A stretch of DNA of 64,000 nucleotides from an uncultured Poribacteria bacterium (GTDB lineage Bacteria > Poribacteria > WGA-4E > WGA-3G), in NCBI GenBank assembly GCA_951813565.1, contig OX638351.1, positions 480,001-544,000 on the forward strand, in the 5' to 3' direction. A program made the translations under genes and the position numbers. The stretch's first letter is position 1. Each line of letters begins with the position of its first letter. Below are positions 10,062-17,882 of this stretch, piece by piece. The notes under the pieces were generated by a model. That model searched no databases and was not told the origin of the DNA. It saw nothing but the letters and a program-made list of their open reading frames with translations.

Positions 10062-11303
10062 TTAATCATGACGCAATGCTTCTGTAGGCGTGAGACTTGC
10101 GGCCTTGTTTGCTGGATAAATTCCAAAAAATATGCCAATAAATGCTGAAACACAAAAAGCAATCACTGCTGCCTGAACAGATACAACGGCAGGCCAAGCA
10201 GCATCTTTAATTAGGAATTTTGAGATAACCCAACCTGAACCGGTAGCGAGCGTACTACCGATAAAGATACCGATAAGTCCACCACATACGCTTAAGACAA
10301 TCGATTCAATCAGAAATTGTATGAGGATGTCGGTGCGTCTTGCTCCGATAGCTTTCCGTAAACCGATTTCGCGAGTTCTTTCTGTTACAGAAACTAACAT
10401 GATATTCATGATACCGATACCACCCACAAACAAGGCAATACTGGCGACAGCACCAAGGAGTATCTGAACAATCCGACTGACATTTCCTACCTGCTTTATT
10501 ATTTCCTTAGCGGTAAAAAAGTCAAAGTATTTTTCATCGCCGTGTTGTTGTCTGAAGGCGACTTTGATTTCGGCGACAGCTTGTTCAACTTTTTCATAAC
10601 TCTCCGCTTGCGCAAACAGCATTATCGAGCCTTTCCGTTTGCCGATAAAATGTGTTCCCATTGTAGAGAGCGGTATAATCACTCGATTATCCCACCCTTC
10701 GCTTGCCATCTTGTTACCTTTTGCTTCCATGACTCCGACGACGGTGAGACGTTTCTTATCAATTCTCAACTCACGACCAATCGGATCTTCCATCTGAAAT
10801 AGGTCTTTATGTACTTCAGAACCAATAACACAGATAGGGTCCCCGCGTTCCATGTCGTCCTCCGTAAAAAAACGCCCCGTTTCAACGTGCCAGTTATTGA
10901 CATCTTGGAAATAAGGGGTAACACCATGAACTTGGAGGGACTGGTTGACGTGTCTGTGTGATACGCGACGTACCATTCCGGATTGCGCTGCAGCAGTTTT
11001 AAGAGAGGGACAATTTTCAAGAATAAAGGCGAGGTCTTGATACTCAATATATTCCGGATGCTTATTTTCTGTATACGAACCGTCCGCTCTACGAATATGT
11101 TCCTTCCGGAAGCAGACGATCATGCCTGCACCACCGACCCGTTCCATTTCTATCAAGATTAAGTGTTCCGCACCACCACCGACTGAGACAACTGCAACAA
11201 CAGCTGCAATGCCGATGATGATTCCCAACGTCGTAAGCACGGAACGTAACTTATTACGCCGTATTGCTGCTAAGCCAACGCTAATGCCTTGTGTAATCTG
11301 CAT
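10062..11303 (-). CDS. MacB/FtsX-family ABC transporter permease
   Basis: RSVLTTLGIIIGIAAV, GGIGIMNIMLVSVTERTREIGLRKAIGA, YPANKAASL. Confidence 0.93.
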   Translation of the reverse strand: MQITQGISVGLAAIRRNKLRSVLTTLGIIIGIAAVVAVVSVGGGAEHLILIEMERVGGAGMIVCFRKEHIRRADGSYTENKHPEYIEYQDLAFILENCPSLKTAAAQSGMVRRVSHRHVNQSLQVHGVTPYFQDVNNWHVETGRFFTEDDMERGDPICVIGSEVHKDLFQMEDPIGRELRIDKKRLTVVGVMEAKGNKMASEGWDNRVIIPLSTMGTHFIGKRKGSIMLFAQAESYEKVEQAVAEIKVAFRQQHGDEKYFDFFTAKEIIKQVGNVSRIVQILLGAVASIALFVGGIGIMNIMLVSVTERTREIGLRKAIGARRTDILIQFLIESIVLSVCGGLIGIFIGSTLATGSGWVISKFLIKDAAWPAVVSVQAAVIAFCVSAFIGIFFGIYPANKAASLTPTEALRHD

Positions 11304-11327
11304 GGTTTCTAAATTCTCAAGATAATA

Positions 11328-12395
11328 CTATTCAGGTTTCATGGATTCCCCGCGTAACAAAAACGCTCGAATGTCATATCTACCGGGGCGTTCAACAGGC
11401 AAATCACCACTTTCAATCATCAAATCCAATGGGTTCGCATGTGTCCGCAGCGGTAATTGCACCACTTCGTGCATACGCGCGGATTCATAAATTGCCATGA
11501 TGATTTCAACAGCAGCACGTCCATGTTTTGCTTCTCCACGATGTTCCGGCCCATTATCAATCCATTCAACTAATTCTTTTCCTTGTGCAACGTGCTGGTT
11601 AGTTCCATCGGAAGGACGTTCTTCCCAATCTGTAGATTTATTATTTAGAAGGCGAACGCGTCCCTCGGTCACATCTGCGATGCCATCTGTGCCGTAGACA
11701 ATTCCACCTTGATAGTTCGGTCTACCGATCTCCTGTAATAACATACCGATGCATCCATTTGAAAACCCGACAATTCCCGCGCTCCGGTCCTCAATTTGAA
11801 TATCGCGTTCATAGCGCTCCGTTTTGCGTTCAACATTTCCGATAACCCAATGGGCATCAGGGTCACCAAGCACATACCGCATCATGTCAAAGAGGTGTGA
11901 GCAGTCATTTAACAATCCCTGTCCGCCGTGGCAGACAATCTGTCGTGGTTCACCAATAGCACCCTCAGCGATGAGATTGCGTGCATCTGTCCAAGCGGAA
12001 TTAAACCGACGTTGATGACCTATTACGAGCTTAACGCTGTTCCGGTTCGCAGCAATTACCATCTCATCGCACTCCCCAAGATTTACACCCATCGGTTTTT
12101 CACAAAGAACAGCTTTCGGGCTTCTGGCACACGCTGCAATTGTCATCGGTGCATGAAGTTTGTGCCATGTAGCAATACTCACAATATCAAGATTTTCGTT
12201 ATCCAGCATCTCCCGCGGATCCAAATAGCAGTTTTCAGCGGATACGTCGTAGGTGTTTGCGAATTTGTCAAGCGCAGCTTGGACAGGATCAGCAAGCGCA
12301 ACAATTTCTGTTTGTTCAACACCTTCATAACCGCGAGCATGGGCATTGGCAATTCCACCACATCCAATAATACCGACCCGATATTTTGATGCCAT
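11328..12395 (-). CDS. Gfo/Idh/MocA family oxidoreductase
   Basis: GIIGCGGIA, CEKPM, GHQRRF; ATG 12395 after GGAG. Confidence 0.9.
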   Translation of the reverse strand: MASKYRVGIIGCGGIANAHARGYEGVEQTEIVALADPVQAALDKFANTYDVSAENCYLDPREMLDNENLDIVSIATWHKLHAPMTIAACARSPKAVLCEKPMGVNLGECDEMVIAANRNSVKLVIGHQRRFNSAWTDARNLIAEGAIGEPRQIVCHGGQGLLNDCSHLFDMMRYVLGDPDAHWVIGNVERKTERYERDIQIEDRSAGIVGFSNGCIGMLLQEIGRPNYQGGIVYGTDGIADVTEGRVRLLNNKSTDWEERPSDGTNQHVAQGKELVEWIDNGPEHRGEAKHGRAAVEIIMAIYESARMHEVVQLPLRTHANPLDLMIESGDLPVERPGRYDIRAFLLRGESMKPE

Positions 12396-12448
12396 TTTCT
12401 TCTCCATAAGGATAGGCACGCTAAGAAACGCGCCTATCGGATTATTAC

Positions 12449-12700
12449 TATAGTGAACTTTGAAATTATTGGGACACAATGGACAATAGAAGTTGTAGCA
12501 CAAACTAAATGAAGATTAAGAAAATATTTCGGTAATTCTAATTTTTCCCAAACCCGGTAGGTGCGGTTTCCCAACCGCACTGGATCTTTCTCCAAAATTA
12601 CCGAATTAATAAATTAAACTTCATTTAGTTTGTGCCTTATGAGACGCAAACTAAAAGTTTGCGCTACAGAAGTGTCCCATTAATTATAGGTTTTACTATA
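12449..12700. repeat. Nested inverted-repeat composite (MITE / REP / MITE / REP)
   Basis: Outer tatagtgaac..gggacac / gtgtccc..ttttactata; inner cacaaactaaatgaag / cttcatttagtttgtg; ttcggtaatt / aattaccgaa; core gtaggtgcggtttcccaaccgcac. Confidence 0.75.
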
Positions 12701-12708
12701 AATTGAAA

Positions 12709-15700
12709 CTACTGATTCGCTTGGACAATTTCCGCTTGTGTTTTACCAAAATAGGAGGCTACCTGAACAAGGTCAAGAATATTCACCTGTCCATCCATGT
12801 TCACATCGCCAGCGAGTCCTACGCCAGATTCACCAAATTGATTGGCAACCTGAACCAAATCCAAGACATTTACCGTGCCATCAGCATTGAGATCCCAGGG
12901 CACAGGGGCTATCGTAGTTTTGGTACTGATTTCAGCAGTTTTTGTGCTATCTCCTTGCGAAGTTGCCGTAACTTTGATTTCATATTCACCCGGTTTTGTG
13001 AAGAAATCACCTGCTGTGGTAAATGTAACATCAGTAGATGCGCCAGGGGCAAGCATAATCTCTAACTGACTTGTGGGAAATTCTTGATCGCTTGATGTTG
13101 TGAACGATCCTAAGACGCTACCTTCAATCCCGACCTCTGCTGAAGAGCCAAGCATTATCGTATCATCTGTATTGCCGGTGTTTGTGACAGTGAGTGTATA
13201 GCTGACACCTGCAACCATATCCATCGTTGCCCCTTTGAGTTCACCTTCACCTACTAATGTAACGCCGTAAACAGGCAGAATAGTTGTCGTTGTTGAAACC
13301 TCTGCAGTTTCTGAATTATCGCCTTGCGAGGTGGCAGTAACCTTGACTTCGTAAGCACCTGCTTTTGCAAGAACATCAGCGGAAATAGACAACGTCACTT
13401 CTGTTGAAGCGCCAGAAGCAAGCGATACTGAGGATTCACTTAACGTAGCAGTAGCATCACCCGATGTTGCTAAATCTATGACATCATTCGTGTTACCGGT
13501 GTTCGTAATTGTAAGTGTATAACTCACACCTTCAGTTGCATCTGCTGTTTCAGTTGTCAACTCACCTACAGCTGCCAACGTGACATCATAGACTGGTAGA
13601 ATAGTTGTAGTCGTTGAAACCTCTGCAGTTTCTGAATTATCGCCTTGCGAGGTGGCAGTAACCTTGACTTCGTAATCTCCGGCAGTTGCGAGCGCATCAG
13701 CGGAAATAGACAATGTCACTTCTGTTGAAGCGCCAGAAGCAAGTGATACTGAGGACTCACTTAACATAGCAGTAGCATCCCCCGTTATTGCTAAATCTAT
13801 GACATCATCCGTGTTACCGGCATTCGTAATTGTGAGTGTATAACTCACACCTTCCGCTGCGTTTGCTGTTTCGGTTATCAAATCGCCTACAGCTGCCAAC
13901 GTGACATCATAAACAGGCAGAATAGTTGTAGTGGTTGCTACTTCAGCAGATTTCGTGTTGTCACCTTGTGAAGTCGCTGTAACTTTGATTTTATACTCAC
14001 CTGATTTTGTAAGGAGATCGCCTGTTGCTGTAAATATAACTTCGGTAGAAGCACCAGGAGCAAGTGTGATCTTCAACTGGCTGGTTGAAAGTTCTTGATC
14101 TTTAGATTTTCTGAACGAGCCGAGAACGCTCCCTCCAATTCCAACCTCCGCAGAAGAACCGAGAATAATCGTATCATCTGTATTGCCGGTGTTTGTGACA
14201 GTGAGTGTATAGCTGACACCTGCAACCATATCCATCGTTGCCCCTTTGAGTTCACCTTCACCTACTAATGTAACGCCGTAAACAGGCAGAATAGTTGTCG
14301 TTGTTGAAACCTCTGCAGTTTCTGAATTATCGCCTTGCGAGGTGGCAGTAACCTTGACTTCGTAAGCACCTGCTTTTGCAAGCGCATCAGCGGAAATAGT
14401 CAATGTCACTTCAGCAGAAGCACCAGTGGCAAGCGATACAAATGTCTGACTCAAGGAGGCATCATCGTCTGATGTTGCTAAATCTATGACATCATCCGTG
14501 TTACCGGTGTTTGTGATTGTGAGTGTATAACTCACACCTTCAGTTGCATCTGCTGTTTCAGTTGTCAACTCACCTACAGCTGCCAACGTGACATCATAGA
14601 CTGGTAGAATAGTTGTAGTCGTTGAAACCTCTGCAGTTTCTGAATTATCGCCTTGCGAGGTGGCAGTAACCTTGACTTCGTAATCTCCGGCAGTTGCGAG
14701 CGCATCAGCGGAAATAGACAATGTCACTTCTGTTGAAGCGCCAGAAGCAAGTGATACTGAGGACTCACTTAACATAGCAGTAGCATCCCCCGTTATTGCT
14801 AAATCTATGACATCATCCGTGTTACCGGCATTCGTAATTGTGAGTGTATAACTCACACCTTCCGCTGCGTTTGCTGTTTCGGTTATCAAATCGCCTACAG
14901 CTGCCAACGTGACATCATAAACAGGCAGAATAGTTGTAGTGGTTGCTACTTCAGCAGATTTCGTGTTGTCACCTTGTGAAATCGCTGTAACTTTGATTTT
15001 ATACTCACCTGATTTTGTAAGAAGATCGCCCGTTGCTGTAAATATAACTTCGGTAGAAGCACCAGGAGCAAGTGTAATCTTCAACTGGCTGGTTGAAAGT
15101 TCTTGATCTTTAGATTTTCTGAACGAGCCGAGAACGCTCCCTCCAATTCCAACCTCTGCCGAAGAGCTAAGCACTATTGTATCATCTGTATTGCCGATGT
15201 TTGTGACTCGTAGGGCATAACTGACACCCGCGTTCGCAAATTTGGTTTGCTTTGTTAGGTTGTCACCTGCCAACGTAACACCATAAACAGGCAGAATAGT
15301 GGTAGTCGTTGAAACCTCTGCTGTTTTTGTGCTATCCCCTTGTGATGTTGCTGTAACCTTTACTTCATAATCCCCCGCAGTCACAAGTGAATCACCGGAA
15401 ATAGTCAATGTCACTTCAGTAGAAGCACCCGATGTAAGCGATACAAATGTCTGACTCAAGGTGGCATCATCGTCTGATGTTGCTAAATCTATGATATCAT
15501 CCGTGTTACCGGTGTTTGTGATTGTGAGTGTATAACTCACACCTTCACTTGCATCTGCTGTTTCGGTTGTCAAATCACCTACACCTACTAACGCGACACC
15601 GTAAACAGGCAAAATAGTTGTAGTGGTTGCTACTTCAGCAGATTTCGTGTTGTCACCTTGTGAAGTCGCTGTAACTTTAACTACATACTCGCCTGCTGTT

Positions 15701-17763
15701 GCTAAAGCAGTGCCAGGAATTGCCAAAGTTACGTTTGTAGAAGCACCCGATGTAAGCGATACAAATGTCTGACTCAAGGAAGCATCATCGTCTGATGTTG
15801 CTAAATCTATGACATCATCCGTGTTACCGGTGTTTGTGATTGTGAGTGTATAACTGATGCCTTCACTTGCATCTGCTGTTTCAGTTGTCAAATCACCTAC
15901 ACCTGCCAACGTGACATCATAGACTGGTAGAATAGTTGTAGTGGTTGCTACTTCAGCGGATTTCGTGCTGTCACCTTGTGAGGTAGCCGTAACTTTAACT
16001 ACATACTCGCTTGCTGTTGCTAAAGCAGTGCCAGGAATTGCCAAAGTTACGTTTGTAGAAGCACCCGATGCAAGCGATACAAATGTCTGACTCAAGGTGG
16101 CATCATCGTCTGATGTTGCTAAATCTATGACATCATCCGTGTTACCGGTGTTTGTGATTGTGAGTGTATAGCTGATGCCTTCACTTGCATCTGCTGTTTC
16201 AGTTTCCAATTCGCCTACGCCTACTAACGTGACACCGTAAACCGGCAAAATAGTCGTAGTCGTTGAGACCTCTGCTGTTTTTGTGTTATCTCCTTGCGAA
16301 GTTGCTGTAACTTTCACAGCATAATCACCAGCAGTTTCTAACGCAGTACCAGGAATTGACACTGACACTGTTGAAGAAGCACCAGGGGCAAGGGATATCA
16401 CGGTCCGACTTACTGTAGCAGTGGCATCACCTGACGTTGCTAAACGGATCGTATCATTTGTGTTGGCAGTATTTGTTACGCGGAGTGTATAACTGACACC
16501 TTCACTTGCATCTGCTGTTTCGGTTGTCAAGTTGCCAACTCCAGCCAACGTAACGCCGTAAACAGGAAGGATAGTTGTAGTCGTTGATATCGCTGCGGTT
16601 TTTGTAGTATTTCCCTGTGAGGTGGCAGTGACTTTCACCGCATAATCACCCGCTTTAGCAAGGGAAGCACCAGAAACTCTTAACGTCACTGTGCGTGAAG
16701 CACCCTGGTTAAGGAATACAGAAGTCGGACTTACTGTAGCAGTGGCATCACCTGACGTTGCTAAACGGATCGTATCATTTGTGTTGGCGGTATTTGTTAC
16801 GCGGAGTGTATAACTGACACCTGCGCTTGCATCCGTTGTTTCCTTTGTTAAGTTGCCTATACCCACCAACGTAACGCCGTAAATTGGCAGCATAGTTGTC
16901 GTTGTGGTGATTTCAGCAGTTTTTGTGCTATCTCCTTGCGAAGTTGCTGTAACTTTCACCGCGTAATTACCTGCAGTTGTTAAAGCACTTCCAGGAATCG
17001 TTAAAGTTACGTTCGTAGAAGCACCCGCTGCAAGTGATATGGAGGTTCGACTTAGCGTTGCATTCACACTGCCTGATGATGACAAACGAATCACATCATC
17101 TGTGTTACCGGTGTTTGTTACCCGAAGTGTATAAGTAACACCGGTGCTCGCGTCCGCTGTACTTTTAGCCAAATTACCTACACCTGTTAACGTAACGCCG
17201 TAAACGGGTGGGACATCTGATGTTGCTTCTTCAGTATAGATATAATCACCTGCAGCGCTAAAATCGGCATTGGCGGCGTTTCCCGCTGCATAGAACGTAA
17301 TCGGTCCAACATCGGTAGATGGGGCAGTCCATTTAAATGTCCAACTGTTGGCATCTTTTTTACCAGTTGCAGTGCCAGCAAAAGTATGTTTAATGTATTG
17401 TTTACTGTTTTCTTCTGATAACTGCGTATTTCCATCCCTGGGGGCAAAGGTGCCAGCGCGTGCACCATTACCGTTCAGCGCGGTCATCTCAAATCCCCAT
17501 TTACTTTGTCCCGTTCGAGATAAATTGATAGCAATATCGTATACCTCACCCGGTAAATAGTTTTCAGGCACTGTCAACATCAGTGAACCACCCGCAGCGT
17601 CCAGAGCGTTGCCTGCGTGGCATTGCATACAATTGTTTTCACTGGGTGCTCCAGTTAATCCATTTGGTGGACCACCAGAAAAAGCAAATACATTACTGTT
17701 GCTGGCAACAAAAAGAAGCAGAAGCACTGCAGAAATAGAAAAAATCTTTTTCATATAATTCAA
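12709..17763 (-). CDS. Large secreted protein: Reeler-like (choice-of-anchor V type) domain with CxxCH, 13 tandem Ig-like repeats, C-terminal dockerin
   Basis: Signal peptide; GLTGAPSENNCMQCH, WTFKWTAPS..GPITFYAAG; 13 units starting PVY(G/D)VTL; duplicated EF-hand dockerin DLNADGTVNVLDL / DVNMDGQVNILDL; start TTG 17763 or ATG 17754. Confidence 0.85.
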   Translation of the reverse strand: MNYMKKIFSISAVLLLLFVASNSNVFAFSGGPPNGLTGAPSENNCMQCHAGNALDAAGGSLMLTVPENYLPGEVYDIAINLSRTGQSKWGFEMTALNGNGARAGTFAPRDGNTQLSEENSKQYIKHTFAGTATGKKDANSWTFKWTAPSTDVGPITFYAAGNAANADFSAAGDYIYTEEATSDVPPVYGVTLTGVGNLAKSTADASTGVTYTLRVTNTGNTDDVIRLSSSGSVNATLSRTSISLAAGASTNVTLTIPGSALTTAGNYAVKVTATSQGDSTKTAEITTTTTMLPIYGVTLVGIGNLTKETTDASAGVSYTLRVTNTANTNDTIRLATSGDATATVSPTSVFLNQGASRTVTLRVSGASLAKAGDYAVKVTATSQGNTTKTAAISTTTTILPVYGVTLAGVGNLTTETADASEGVSYTLRVTNTANTNDTIRLATSGDATATVSRTVISLAPGASSTVSVSIPGTALETAGDYAVKVTATSQGDNTKTAEVSTTTTILPVYGVTLVGVGELETETADASEGISYTLTITNTGNTDDVIDLATSDDDATLSQTFVSLASGASTNVTLAIPGTALATASEYVVKVTATSQGDSTKSAEVATTTTILPVYDVTLAGVGDLTTETADASEGISYTLTITNTGNTDDVIDLATSDDDASLSQTFVSLTSGASTNVTLAIPGTALATAGEYVVKVTATSQGDNTKSAEVATTTTILPVYGVALVGVGDLTTETADASEGVSYTLTITNTGNTDDIIDLATSDDDATLSQTFVSLTSGASTEVTLTISGDSLVTAGDYEVKVTATSQGDSTKTAEVSTTTTILPVYGVTLAGDNLTKQTKFANAGVSYALRVTNIGNTDDTIVLSSSAEVGIGGSVLGSFRKSKDQELSTSQLKITLAPGASTEVIFTATGDLLTKSGEYKIKVTAISQGDNTKSAEVATTTTILPVYDVTLAAVGDLITETANAAEGVSYTLTITNAGNTDDVIDLAITGDATAMLSESSVSLASGASTEVTLSISADALATAGDYEVKVTATSQGDNSETAEVSTTTTILPVYDVTLAAVGELTTETADATEGVSYTLTITNTGNTDDVIDLATSDDDASLSQTFVSLATGASAEVTLTISADALAKAGAYEVKVTATSQGDNSETAEVSTTTTILPVYGVTLVGEGELKGATMDMVAGVSYTLTVTNTGNTDDTIILGSSAEVGIGGSVLGSFRKSKDQELSTSQLKITLAPGASTEVIFTATGDLLTKSGEYKIKVTATSQGDNTKSAEVATTTTILPVYDVTLAAVGDLITETANAAEGVSYTLTITNAGNTDDVIDLAITGDATAMLSESSVSLASGASTEVTLSISADALATAGDYEVKVTATSQGDNSETAEVSTTTTILPVYDVTLAAVGELTTETADATEGVSYTLTITNTGNTNDVIDLATSGDATATLSESSVSLASGASTEVTLSISADVLAKAGAYEVKVTATSQGDNSETAEVSTTTTILPVYGVTLVGEGELKGATMDMVAGVSYTLTVTNTGNTDDTIMLGSSAEVGIEGSVLGSFTTSSDQEFPTSQLEIMLAPGASTDVTFTTAGDFFTKPGEYEIKVTATSQGDSTKTAEISTKTTIAPVPWDLNADGTVNVLDLVQVANQFGESGVGLAGDVNMDGQVNILDLVQVASYFGKTQAEIVQANQ

Positions 17764-17786
17764 AAAGCCTCCTTCACATATACGCG

Positions 17787-17858
17787 AAAAAACGCCCCAC
17801 CGCCGACGCTAATCAGGATTGATTCGCGGTCGGATAAACCGGCAGTCGGGGCGTCTTT
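17787..17858 (-). terminator. GC-rich intergenic stem-loop with U-tail on minus strand
   Basis: Minus strand acgccccga...ggggcgtttttt. Confidence 0.65.
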
Positions 17859-17882
17859 GTTATTGCGTTTTAGTTGCGAAAC

